Assembly: GCA_001244265.2 (NCBI GenBank)
Contig: CDLV01000004.1
Location: forward strand, 620,001 to 684,000
Length of the DNA stretch: 64,000 nucleotides
Direction: 5' to 3'
Source of the DNA: Microbotryum violaceum
Taxonomy: Eukaryota
Within the stretch, counting starts at the first letter, position 1; each line of letters starts with the position of its first letter. Of the stretch, positions 1 to 12,481 are shown one piece after another. The notes beneath the pieces are model-generated. The model worked only from the letters and a program-made list of their open reading frames with translations. It was not told the origin of the DNA and ran no database searches. Made by a program: the position numbers and the translations under genes.

Positions 1-1529
1 ACGACAACAATTTGGGATGTGGTGAGGAAGACCTACCGGCATGCAGGGCTGTCGAGAGGAGTCTTGGGCGACCAGGAAATCGCGCCTCTCGGGTCTGAAC
101 GTATGAGGGGTCAATAGCTGAAGGGTAGGCTGCCAAACGGGAGTAAGGGGGCCGCCGTGACTTGCCCGAGAAAGACTACCAGTGCGACGCCGGAACCCGC
201 AGCGAACAAGGGGAGGAAAATTAGGCGTCAATACAATACGTCCGATGTTTTCTGGGAGGTGGTAGACGAGAAGGAAGCTCCAGAGCTCAGTTGCATCTTA
301 CTGATGCGATGTGTATGCGGGTGCATGACGTATTCGGGCCGCACCGACCGCCGGCTACCGAGGGCATCGGCCCGCTACCCACTGCATCCAACGGTTCGGG
401 GCCACATTCCACGCGAAGCACATGTTACAAACTTAAAAACAACACCAAAATGGACACACCGAATAGCGTGTCATGCTTTGGTACCAAATGTCGCGGTCTC
501 AATATTCGACGGTTGCATTGGTATTAGTGATGCTTCGGCACCGAAGACGAAGCCCCTGTGCACCTGACACCTCGCTTCACGGTGAACATTCCCGGCCGCA
601 CGCAAGCCAAGGACTGCCGTCCGAAGCTGATTACTCCTGAAATCATCAACTTCAAGTAGCCCGTGACCGAAATCGAGTGGTGGATTCGCTGCATGACACG
701 CGGGATGATTCGCATCTGGAAGTGACGGGTCGCGGTCACTGCATCCCGAGATCGATGCTAATTCTGACAGGATACCGCCGTAGAAATTGAGGAAGATGGA
801 GGTCTACTGTAACTATAATCCATAAAATCCTGTTCATGAATGTACTCACCAGTTAACGGGTGATCATACCATGGAGCACTTGCGAGGCTCGGACCGGACT
901 GAAGTTGTTCAGGGCTACGTTCCTTGGTAGGTGGACGACAGCTAGCGTTTGATCGCCTGCAGAGTTGACTTACATGGGCTCACTCGGTTTGCGCTGCTAG
1001 CTGTGTACAAGGGCCACTCAAGTTTCAAGAAGGCCCTGCCGCCCCTCGTACGAGTGCCGATGCCTATGAAGTCAGAAAGGCAGCAAGCTGGCAGCTCAGG
1101 ACAATCACAGCGCAGACAAAGGCGGCCAAAGAAGAAGGCTATCACCTTGGCAGGGTAAATTTTGCAGGATTTCGCCCTCAGCTCCTGTTCACTGAATCAG
1201 TCCTTTCCTGAGGCTCAGACCGTCTGGGATTGTTTAGGGGTCAATGGGCATGAGCTCATGGCATCAGCAAAATGGCCAAACGCGCGTAAGCGCGCGAAAC
1301 CTCGTAAAGCAGTCGTTAAGCGGCCTAGAGCTGCTCTTAAGCGCCCTTAACCACTCGTTAAGCTGCGCGCGCGTTAAGTGTCGCTTAAGTGTACCCTAGA
1401 TACCAGTGGGAACCCGTTAAATTAACGGGAGGATGAAATTCAAATAGCAGGATAATTGTACAGTCTACGCGATTTCAGTTCAAAAACCCCAATACGAAGA
1501 AGAAACAAAATCCATTCATCCTACATTCT

Positions 1530-3350
1530 TCGCCGAAACAGCCTGCATGTCGCTTGTTGCTGGACTTGGCTTCAAACACTCGTGCAATGAGATCCGGACG
1601 GTTGCATGCTTTGTCATTCGGCCCCAGTGCAGCCTTGATTTCCGGTGCTTCGGGGTCGTACGTCATCGTGATGAGCAGCGGAGGCTTTCCATGTTTGACA
1701 ACGCACGCCATCGCATCCTGGTATCGCTGCCACGTGATGTCGCGCGGTCTATTCTTGAACGTCGAGCCCAAGGTCATCGAACTTCCAATTTGATTCGGGG
1801 TCAAGCCGTTGATGCCTTGGGTCGTGGTGAGGCGTAGGTTCTCTTCTTGATGCAACCGGATATGTTGAGTCGATCGGTCTCAGCCTGGGAGTATCTTTCG
1901 ATCACGAACGCCGGGAAGGGACGTCGAGTGCTATGCGGGCTTGTCGCGTTTGTGCAAGTAGAACGCAAAGGATTTGTGAACGCGAGACTCACCACCTTGA
2001 CCCCTTTACTTGACCTTCGTCGTAGGTGTTCAAACATTCAATATCAGTCTGTGCTCGCGCCTTAACAGAATGGGAACACCCGAGGAGGAGCCAAAGATGC
2101 TTATGTTCATCATCACCGTTCTTTTTGTCCCCTTCCTCCTCGTCCTCACCTTCTTTGTTGCTGTCTTTTGGCGAAGAGTGGCCCAACTCGATCGAACCGC
2201 AAAGAGGAATGTTGGGGTGGAAGCCATCTTCCCCCGCGGGGAAGAGTAGTGGGTACCGGAGAGGCATCGCAGACGGATGGAGCGAGCTAACGGTTTGGTA
2301 CTTGGGCCGACCATCGGGACATCGATCACCGTGCACCTGGAGAATAAGGTCTTGCGGTCCACGATCTCCGGTGTTGGTGTCGGAATCGCAGATAAGCATC
2401 GTCATTTCCGTGCTTGACGTAGGAAGGTTGTGGGTGCGTCGGTTTCGGCCTGGTGGTAGGCAGAGGCGCAAGACCCACTCTTTGGCCGTATCCCAACCCG
2501 CACGGCCTTTGGCCGAAGCGAACTCCCTCACAAAACAATTGCCGGTGCGCAACATGGACTCGAGCTTGGTCAGCGTTGATCTTTGTATGCGAGTCTCTGC
2601 GCTGTCGGGTCCTTGAAGTCGTGTGTCGGTGGCCTCGGCCGGGTCGATCAGCCATGTCTGGGCAAAGGCTGGGCGTTGATTCACGGCAGGGATCAGGGCA
2701 CCGAGTCAATGATAGAGGCGGCCGAACACGCGAAACACGGGAGGTCCTAGAGTGCACACTTGGGTTTAGTCCCAGTGGGCAGCGAGCGAAGTAAAGGATA
2801 GTGCGTTATTGTAAGACCGGGCATTCTCGCGGAATGCTTTAGAGTCTGTGTAGGTGCATCGCACAGTTCAGCATGTGGGCCATACTGCAGAGAGATGTTG
2901 TTGGACGGAGCAACTGACCGCTATCCGAGCCTTGAAGAAGCTGCCGATACTCGAGATTGGGCTGGGGAGGGGGAGGTAGCTGCACCTTGCCCTGCGAAAA
3001 CGTGGGGCTTGAGGGGTTTGAGCGCGATATGAGCCCGGCGCACCCGCCTTTGCGGAGGAGGTGGTGGTGGGGCGAGCCCAGCGTCGAGTTGGCCATCGCG
3101 CTGACCACGCTGTCCGTTCTGCACAGCTGCACGGCGGGCTCGTATACGTGTCGCAATGCCAAGATCGGTTGAATTGTTGTCATGACGCGCCGGGGGCTGA
3201 TTCTGTTGATCGGAGCGGGACGAAGAGGAGGGTCGAGCCGCGGGGCGCCCAGCAGCGGGCGCTCGAGCAGGCCCATGGTACGGCGCTACCCTCGCGCCCA
3301 AGACTTGGCGAGGTTGCGATGGCCCTCCCTGGCGACCTTGGGACCGGAGC
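1530..3350 (-). pseudogene. Helitron Rep N-terminal fragments (Helitron_like_N), frameshifted; no HUH, catalytic Tyr or helicase
   Basis: ORF 1989-2684 has PAFAQTWLIDP, RRTHNLPTS and LHPSAMPLRYPLLFPAGEDGF. ORF 1475-1855 has QRYQDAMACVVKHGKPPLLITMT and RPDLIARVFEAK. Confidence 0.9.
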
Positions 3351-3812
3351 ATAGTAGCGAGGGTTTGTTCTTGAATGAGTGTCACTAAAATTGGATGAGA
3401 GTAGGAGGGAGAAAGCAAAGGTTTGAGGGAGTGGCGCAGGATTATTTACGTGGTTTGCTTTGTTGTTCAGCCCCTAATGCCGCTGGTCGACTGCCGGAAT
3501 GACACTCCACCGCCGGCGCACCGCATCACGTGACAAACGCCAGCCCTCGCCTCGCACGTCAAGCAGAGCTCTGCTGTAGAAGCAATATCATGCAAAGCCA
3601 CGCGCTTGCGGTTCATTAAATGCAATATGAGTGGAAGCATTGTTTTATGTGAGCGAAAAAAAGAAGGAAAATACTGGGAGCGCTGTAGCTTCGTTGGAAC
3701 GGCGCGGAAAATACAAAAGTCACCACAGCGCTTGTACATGACTTCTGATCGGAACATGGACACCACAGGCAGGTGCGGCAGACGCAACAGTATGCTGGCA
3801 CATCCACCACAG

Positions 3813-3836
3813 GCGGCCCGGAGGGCCGCAACCTAG
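3813..3836 (+). terminator. Second, oppositely oriented Helitron-type 3' end signature (hairpin + CTAG)
   Basis: GCGGCCC-GGA-GGGCCGC-AAC-CTAG|T. The hairpin is collapsed at the equivalent site in copy 2 (CTAG 35227-35230). Confidence 0.6.
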
Positions 3837-3901
3837 TTAAAAACAGCGATTTTAGGCACATTCCTTAACCCTTTTTATTGTTTTTATTTGATAGACTTCA
3901 T

Positions 3902-4030
3902 TTCCAAGTCCGTTTAGACCACTGTGACCTTGATCATATGACGACATGAGTAGTTCCAGCAGATAACAAGAAGCAAAGATTGGTTTCGCGTTGAATCAGT
4001 AACCGCACGTAATTCTCTAAATGTTTAGAC
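3902..4030 (+). repeat. Left TIR of KDZ element
   Basis: TTCCAAGTCCGTTTAGACC...AAATGTTTAGAC; inverted match to 12356-12481 with few differences. Confidence 0.93.
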
Positions 4031-4769
4031 AAGAAGCACGCGGGAACAAGCTCGCAAAGGTTTAGAGTCATTACAGTTGATCCGGAAATGATTTTCCGGC
4101 TTGATTTTCTGGCTTGGCCCTATGACGTAAGTCATTGACGGGGGAAGCTTGTAGAGCTTATAGAAAGCTTGTTGAAGTCCAGGTATATCCATTAACGCCT
4201 CAGCACTGCTGAAGCCGTGGTATGTCTGGCCCAGTGCAACACGTGATCTGACGCGGGTTGCGCGAGGTTGCGCGCCGTCCGAACCTGACGGAATCGACGC
4301 GTGTCGTGCGTTGTTGATACGTTGACAGCTCTTGTTTTTAGGCCCCATCTCGCCCGTACATTCAACACGAGACCCATTGGTCTCGCCGCGAATATCCTCG
4401 TCCTCAATCGCCGAACCGCATACACGTTACGTCTCTCGTTGATCTCCATTGATCTTGTGATCCTTTCACATCGCCAACTCATACCAAGTTTTCACGCTTC
4501 GGCGCTCGACAAGCCCCACGTGTATGTCCGGCGATTGTCGTCCGGGCTTTACCAGAGAACGAGCTTCTGAGGGCCTGCTGACATCCACGTCTTAACTATG
4601 CATTCATCGCGTGGCCTCGGAACATTGCGGGCTCCTTCCCTCCTGGACAACCATTCACAAACAAGTCTCTGGGTGCGTGGTGGAAGTGCGGCTGCGCGGT
4701 CGTCGACGCGCGGTTTGATTGGTTTAATGCAGCACCGTGTCATTCTGACCTTTCCCTGTTCGCCTTCCA

Positions 4770-6002
4770 GGCTCTGCCTGTACGATGTTCTCTTCCAATA
4801 CGATTTCGTCCAGCGAGTAATAAAATTCTAGCATAGCATTGCACTACGCTGTTGTTGAACTAACGGGCTGGGTTGGTCCGCTTTAGTGCCGACCAATTTG
4901 GTGAAGAGGGTTAAGCTCGCAAAGCCATATTGGAACGACATGAAGGATGACGCAGAGTTGATGACGAGGTTTGACGCGGCGCTTGCCTTGGAGCGTGAGG
5001 AAGCGACGCAAGTAACGCAAGCGACGGAAAGTTCATCCTCCATCAAGATCGCCCGAAACAAACCGATGAGTCACGAAGCCATTAAGAAAGCGCGCCGATG
5101 CATGCAGGCCGCGTTGGAAACCATGGTGAGTCCAAGCTCAATTTGATACTGCTCACAGTAAACTAACTGAAAGAATCATAACACCCTCAAAACCAACCCA
5201 GAGCACTTCATATGCGCAAAAATATGGACTCCAATTGTTTGCTGTGGTCTCTTCTGATCTTCCTGAACTTAATAAGGAGCGTTGCATGGTCGCGAGCCCC
5301 GGTGGTTTGGCCTTTGCCTATCGACAAGACTGGGGCGATAATTTGGGTTCAAGACAGCTGCTCTCTGACTTCGCGGATTGCGTTACCGGTAGAGCGTTCT
5401 TGGAGGAGAAAAAGGCCGAATTGGAAGCAGCTGGTCAGTAGATGCACGCGCCGACAGACTATTGTCACTTGCTGATTGATGTCCATTACGCTGTCACGCA
5501 GTTTGGGAGGCGCCACTGACGGAAGCGAATCTTGCAACAAAAGCCTCGTGGTACAGCACGATCATGAAAAAACTTTTCTGTGTGGACTACGTTCTAATCG
5601 AGATTTCAGTTGCTTCTCACTTGTTGACTACTAACGATGAGTCTTCTTCTCGGTGCAGATGATGCCGTGAAGCGACGTACCAAGAACCAAGGGCACGAAA
5701 ACAAGAACAAACCTCCCAGGTTGGTGTACGACCCAACTGCGCTCATGCAACAGGCCAGTATCGTAGTTGAATGCGGCCCGAGCCTCAACTTGGAGACGGA
5801 CTTCGCCAGCCCCATGGACAAGCCAAAAATGTCGGGGGCCGACTTGGATCGTATCATTCCCCTGCTGCGTGCAGGAGAGTTGAGATTCAGGCTAACGGAA
5901 GAGGTACTAGCGGATGCAGAAGATGAAGATGGTGCAGCTATCCCTGCCAACGGCCAAGATGGCAGCGCGGTGAGCCGCCCCGATTCCGACGAGCACTCTT
6001 AG
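4770..6002 (+). CDS. KDZ companion gene, multi-exon, possible divergent HMG-box protein; 5' end uncertain, may be decayed
   Basis: ORF pieces 4886-5146, 5235-5441 and 5637-6002 are separated by GTGAGT/GTCAGT...AG intron-like gaps. LVKRVKLAKPYWNDMKDDAELMTRFDAALALERE resembles HMG helices 2-3. Lies inside the TIRs. Confidence 0.5.
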
Positions 6003-8189
6003 AGCTTCGGGCAGCAGGTCTCGATGCCGAAATGAGCCAGCGCGCTGGGACGGACATGAAGTGTAGGGCTGAGTTGGAAGATACAATGAGCGGATGCCGC
6101 TGGACGAAGCAAGATGACTACTAGACTTAGTGCGCTAAGGATCGTGCCTGTAGTGCACCAAAGCCGCGAGCGTATCCTGCATGATCTTCGCCGTAATGAT
6201 ACCTCTGCTGCTTCCGCAGAACAAAAATACTGAAATGCTCCGTTTTTTGAAAATTTCGGATTGTAGCGTGCTCTGCGTCCTCCGAAATAGATCGCTCTGG
6301 ATCCGCAATTCTCTAAGTGCGCTCTGACATACGCAGTTCCGGATTTCCGCACTGAGTATTCGAGGTGTTCGAGGTGTTTCGAGATCATTTTACACTGGCG
6401 CACGGCCAAAAAAATCTTATCCGATCTCTCATTACGACTAGCGACCGAGTATGACGGTCTATGCTCAAGTGCTTGCCCCGAGTTGAACCCGCCAGCATGT
6501 CGTGCCTCGTCCGAAAGTGTTTCACGCGGTGTGGGCATCAGGCAATTGCCACGGGGGTCCCTACGTTTCGCTCCATCTGATCTGTCCAATCAACTCAGTC
6601 TGGAAGGCGAGCCGGTCTTCTCAACTCCAAAGTACCAGGCGACCTTTCGTGCTAAAGTTGAAATCATCATTACTAGGGTTTGAAGTGTGAGAGGAACACT
6701 GTCAGGGAACCTCGCCGTTCCTAGTAGCATCCGATCCAAGTGGCGCTGCTCACGCTCAGTATGTAGCAAATCGCACGTCTCGTATTGGCCGCCTATTACA
6801 AATATTACACCCCACCTTGCTGGGACTCCAGTGAGTGGGCCCGGGACTCCGACGGGTAACTCACAGTCGCCGCTCCTTCGTCCTTGCAGGCTGACATGTG
6901 GATGCCTGTCCATGCCAAAAGAGAATTGGTTTGTCGCATTCACATTACTTTATGAGCATTGTCAAGGAGTAACTTGGCGGATCCCGGCTGGTGTGGGACT
7001 GCGGCGACGCCACAAAAATTGCAGCTCCTCAAAAGCGACTCAAACTCCGGTTGAAAGTCGATGGAAGGGTTCAGATTTTGTCGCAAAGCGATTTCGGTGT
7101 GTTGAAAACGAAAATTTAGATGCTCACAACGGATTGGAAACATCCGAAGTTACTGCCGGCGGCCGGCGCCACGAGACCTTAAGCGACGCCAGGATACTAC
7201 TTTTTATTGAATAGATCTCATTAACAGCACAATTATTTTAGTACCAAGAAACCGAAAAAGTCGGAGGAATGCTTTCAGCACACTGGCTAACGGCCACAGG
7301 TATTAGCTTGGCGGCCTTATTCTGCTTTGTCTGCTTTGTAAGAGTAGAAATTGCACACATTTCGCTCCTTCAGCTCCTCTCAACGTCCTGTCCGCTGCTG
7401 AGAGCGCGTAATGAGGCTCGAAGTCACCGACGCAATGCGCCGGCCGGCCCAATAGCAGGCAGTGAATTTACTCACTGATGACGCATGGGCTCTTCGATAC
7501 CCATGACCAGTGAGAAACCAGTTCGAATTGCAAGGATTTCCCCGGAGTGTATCACTTCGGACTCAATCGGAGTGATCCCACAGTGGCCTCTCCAAGGCGG
7601 CAACTTGAGCTGAGTCTTGAAATTTCAGCTTCAACCTCCCGGATGATGTCAGCACAAGTCGAGACGCATAGAACATGCGACAGTGCCCACAAGCAGCTAT
7701 GCTTCTAGCAAAATCGTACTCACTTCTGAGGAAGGGGTGGCAACAGGCGCCTTCAGGTGCAGTGCTCACGGGAACATGGCTCAGGCAAGGGGAACCTCCG
7801 ACCCTTGTTCCCGTAGGAGGACGCTCGTGCGTACATCCGAGTATTGCGATTGAACCCCACCTGACGACAGGAGATATGTTGGTCATACCGAAGGGACCTG
7901 CTCACTCATTTTGACAAGGTTCGTGCTTCAGTTACTCGAGTAACAACTGGCGCTTCGAGTGAAAATGTCACTCGACTCGGGCAAGAGGAACCTCCGAGCC
8001 ATGTTCCCCTTGATAAGAGGACGCTCTGCAGAGGCGCGTTCGCACCCCCCGTTACTTCCGACCATCCGAACAGTGGGCTGAACCCTGCCTGACATGTCAT
8101 GGTTCATTATTGCAGATGCAGTAATCATCGCCACACCATTAATCATTCGAACTCATGGTAAAATTACTGCAGCCAGTGTTATTCACATT

Positions 8190-11100
8190 TCATTCTTCCG
8201 AGTCAGAGTTCGACAAAGAACGCTCCTCGTCGGGAACCAGATTATCAGAGCTGTCCGAATCGTATAGCATGCCCTCTTGCGACTCCAGCATCTGGACCGT
8301 CAGATCATGCAAAGACTTTGCGCCTTCTACATTCATGTCAGTATCCAGCTGCTCCGTGATGCGCCGCGCGAGCAGACGATCGTCATCGGTGGTCCGGAAC
8401 GACTCGGACGGCGCTGCATAGGCGCCCGATGCGTCCTCCCGAGGCGCAACACTACGCGCGCCAGCTCCAGTAGCTGTTGTCGTCTTGGAGACGTTGCCCG
8501 GGTTCAACAGCAGTTGCGGGGTGAGACGCTTCAGAGCTCGAGGGACTGGTTCGTGCGTATCCGCTGGTCCTCTGGTCGTGTACCACAGCAGTAAGAAAGT
8601 GCTATCGCGGAACCAGTCTCGTTCGCGCTTTTGAAGAGACCTCATCCGAGCGTCCAGAATGACGAGGGCACGGTCCCGGATCGTTGCGTAGGCGGTACTG
8701 CCAAATGCGCGTTCAACACGATCATGGTCATAAATCGTTGGAGCGGAATCTATTTATGTTATCAAAAAAGGTATCAGCATCTAGACCAGTGGAGTAACTT
8801 TCGACTGACAACTGACCTGTCGCGCTTAGCCAAAGTGCTTGGCGACTAGAGATGAGGTCGTGCTCGTCTTCGAGCCAAGCAAGGGTTTGTCGCACCTCGG
8901 CGCCAATCCGAGTGAACTCCTCCGCAGCTCGATCCAGGTCACGCACAGCAACGATGCCCCGTTTAACCCACGGATCGGTGGCCCAAGCAGCTTCAACATG
9001 CGGGAAAACCCCGTCTTGCCAGAAGAGATCTGTGTCTTCAAGATCAAGAATCGATGCTAGGCTACCGACTGATGGAAGATTGTTGAGGACATGCGATGGT
9101 GATGATCCGCCTGCCGTTCGAAACGCGTTGACAGCCTTGTTGTATGCCTTACGTGCCTTTTCAGCGCCAGAGTGAGTCTTGACTTCCGTTTTGCGAGCTT
9201 TGTTGGCCTCTCTCTGGCCAAATGTTGACCCGCCCCTGCCGCGACGCGTCGACAGCAATTTTTCACGGCTAGTTTTGTAGGCAATCACTTCTCGATGAAG
9301 CTTGCGCAGCGCAACAGAACACTGGCACAAGTGACGAAGCTCTGTGAAGCAAACAGGCACGTCATCGCAATCAGGAACAGGGAAATTAAGTAAGAGATTT
9401 AAGGCCAACCTGTGGACGAGATGCCGGCCCACTTCTTTGCAGTTGGACAATTGCTGCTTGATCGAGCTCCTTTGCAAGACGATCGTGCTTCGAATTCAGC
9501 CCCACAAGCGCTTCTGGTTCAGACTCGTCACTGCTCAGCAAGATGATGAGTCAGTGAGAACGAAGGACAAGCTCAAGCTCCAGTAGTTAGCACCAAGCAC
9601 GTACATGATGCAGTCAATCCTGTAAAGTTCCTCAGCAAGTTTATAAAGCTCGCTTTCCCTCAAACGATCTTCCTCAGCTTCCTGCGCAGCCGTTTTCGAC
9701 GCTTGCGCTCGTCGCTGGTCTTGCCAAGCGACGCGGAGCGCCTCCTCCGACCAGGTGGCATCGTGGGCGATAACGGCTTCAAGTTCCTTTCGAGCAGCAG
9801 TGCTCCGAGCCTTGGCTGAGCGAAGTCGGCGGGTGAACCAGGACCCTAGTTGTTGCAAAGAGTCAATACGGCGAAAGACGAAGCGGCGACTGCGGAGCAC
9901 TGACCAAGCCTTGAGACGTTCGCGTCATTCACTGCCTGCGTGCGACCGCCAAATTGACGAGGCGGTGGGACTTATTTGATGGGCGATTGATGGGGATGAG
10001 GGAGCGCAGCACGCTCCATAGTCGCTCACAACCTTCTCCATCAGTGAACCCAAAGTTCGGGATAAGACGGGGGTTGTAGTCAACCTGGCAACCCCAGGTA
10101 TGGGCGTATGCATGGAAGACACTTGGGGCAAACTCGAGTCGCTCAAACAGCTCAGGCAGAAGATGCCTCTGAAAAGGTTGAAACACAAAGCCCATATGAT
10201 CAGCAACGACATATCGGAGGGGCCCGAGCCGAGGTGGTCAATGCAAACCTTCTCAATGTGGTGCTTGAAATTACAAGCGATGTCGTACAAAACTCCAATC
10301 CTAGCATCTGGGGGAAGATGGTCCGAGATGTGCTTGACAATGGCTAAAGCGAAGTACAGCCTTGGTGATTGGAGCGCAGGCAGGCATGAGCATGAGCAGT
10401 GAAAGTAAAAATGCAAGTTGGAGTAGAGGAACATAAGCTCAATACACTCACTTTTCGCCGGTCTTCTCAAGATTCACCATTTTTAGGGCGATATCATGGC
10501 GGCACACGCCGGCTACAAGTCCTGTATCGATCTTGCGCGACGAGACTCGACCAGCGCCCCCGTCAGCAGCCTTCCACGACTCTGTGCACGCCTTCCGACG
10601 GGGCCGGAGCGATATTACTCAGTATTCAAGGCGGAACGCAAATACATCACGCTCCTCACCTTCTTCGTTGGCCGCGCTGCATTCTCGACGAGTGCTTTCA
10701 TGTCCAGGAGGGCTTTATCAGACAGAAACAAGCTCGGCACTATTCCCTGGACGTCGTATGTCGCATTATTTTCTCGGGTTTGCTGGAAGTTGCCGTCGAG
10801 CGCGATCATATAATCCAGTTGGAGGGTGTGATGGGGTCGGTTGAGCCGTTTCGGCCCGAAGCACGCTGGGCATTTGTTGGGCAGCGCGTCGGCGGTGCCC
10901 AAGAGAAAGTCGCCAACGTCGCGCTCAGATGCTTCGATGGCGCGAAACTCGTCGATCGCCCGCTGCCATTGCTTCCTCAGCTCTTTATCCTGAGCTCTAC
11001 AACCGGGCAGCAAATGAGTCCGGGTAGAATCCATGGCAAAAAGCCGATAACAAATGCTCACATGTGGGTGTCCACGATAATGCTCTGGTTTCGACCACCC

Positions 11101-12118
11101 GTTGTCCCCGAAATAGTCTTCGAAGCCTGCAGCGTGGCCAGTGAGGGCGTAAGGGGCATTACGCCAACGCGAGTTTTCTAGGCGGATCATGCGGAAGGAG
11201 AACGCTGATCCTGGGTTGACAGCGGTCGATGCTATAAACCCAAGTTGAGCCAGGCGTACAGCTTCCGCAACACTGGGCGGATTGGAAGCGCAGAACGTAA
11301 CTTGCTTGGAATAGACTGAACGGCAAGGCGCAGAGGGGGTTTCACGTGTCAGTGATACCAGGACAACGGCAAGAAACGACGCATCGCGCAAATCGGTGAA
11401 CGGAGCTGGCACGACACATACCGGTCAGTCCGTCGTACAGGACCACCTCGCGAGCATACACGTGCTGACAGTGGCATGGTGAAGGAACGTTCAAGTCGTC
11501 CTTGTCGCTGTTCGAAACGAGCGGCAGATACTGCCCATTGGTGCTTATGCGTAAATCAAGATAGAGACCCAAAAGGGCAGCGCGCTGACTCTCGCGCTGC
11601 TCGTGCTCGAGTGTGATAAACTTGAAGTAACCTTCTTGCTTAGCGGCAACCGGCGGATCGGAGACGCGGGGAGTTGGTAAAACCTCCCGTGCGAGTTCCT
11701 GGTGAGTTGAGCGTTGTAAGTCGGGGTCGGGTGGGTCCCAGCGCTCCATGGAAAGATCCATTCCCCCTAGGTCTTCGTACTCGGCCTGCTGCGCAAGAGG
11801 GAAGTCTCTGAGATAATCCTCGCTAAAATCATCGTGTGAGAAGTTCAGGTCATTGGCGAAGACTGAGCTCGAGGCGACAGGGACGCGTTGGTTCGTGCTC
11901 GTTTCGACGTTTGACGTTGCAGATGTGGTGGGAGTGGCATCCATATCTGTCTTGGCCTTCCTCGGCCTCTTACGTTTTCCTTTATCGACGATCGTACCTC
12001 CGAAAGTGACAAGGCACAGCGGCATCGTGGCGTATTGATTCGGGCAATCGGGATGGTCGAGGTAGTCCGAAGGCTTGATCCGCGGAAAGCGTGGTTTGAG
12101 TCGCGAGGGGCGGCCCAT
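8190..12118 (-). pseudogene. KDZ transposase with N-terminal CxC1-like cysteine cluster; multi-exon, apparent frameshifts near 10.5 kb
   Basis: Motifs CHC...FC...RLAQLGFIASTAVNPGSAFSF, CPACFG, IALDGNFQQ, WKAAD...DTGLVAGVCRHD, VLYDIAC and VFHAYAHTWGCQVDYNPRLIPNFGFTDGEGCERLWS. Confidence 0.9.
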
Positions 12119-12355
12119 GGTGACTGAGCGGAATGAATACGAGAACACAAGTGTAGTAGCTCAGCAGAAACCAGCTCCGGGTGGGACAAGTTTGCGACGA
12201 TCGAGGTAGTACGTCTGCAGGAAGCAGCGGCCGCCTGCATGCACGCGCGACAGATTTCTTACGTGCCACTTTGACGTGTTCCTCATCTCACAACGCGTCA
12301 AGTACGTGACTGGACACCCGCCCATGAGCATGAGCCCCGGCCTCAGGCGCTTAGA

Positions 12356-12481
12356 GTCTAAACATTTAGAAATTTACGTGCGGTTACTGATTCAACTCGA
12401 AACCAATCTTTGCTTCTTGTTATCTGCTGGAACTACTCATGTCGTCATATGATCAAGGTAGTGGTCTAAACGGACTTGGAA
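12356..12481 (-). repeat. Right TIR of KDZ element
   Basis: GTCTAAACATTT...GGTCTAAACGGACTTGGAA; reverse complement of 3902-4030. Confidence 0.93.

Larger units (their letters stand above)
1403..3870 (-). mobile_element. Non-autonomous Helitron, family A copy 1 (internally deleted Rep)
   Basis: Minus-strand 3' end: hairpin CCCGTTAA-T-TTAACGGG (1413-1429), then TTCCCA-CTGG|T at 1403. Contains Helitron Rep N-terminal motifs. Colinear with 32876-35263; homology ends near 3870. A candidate A|TC 5' end is at 3891. Confidence 0.88.

Noticed and set aside
1-800. Possible decayed DIRS/Ngaro gag zinc finger (CYK...C...RRLHW..CFG)
   Set aside because: Stops break the pattern, and no RT, RNase H or recombinase motif follows.
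6003-8150. TET/JBP dioxygenase gene
   Set aside because: Expected from KDZ context, but no convincing catalytic motif was found.
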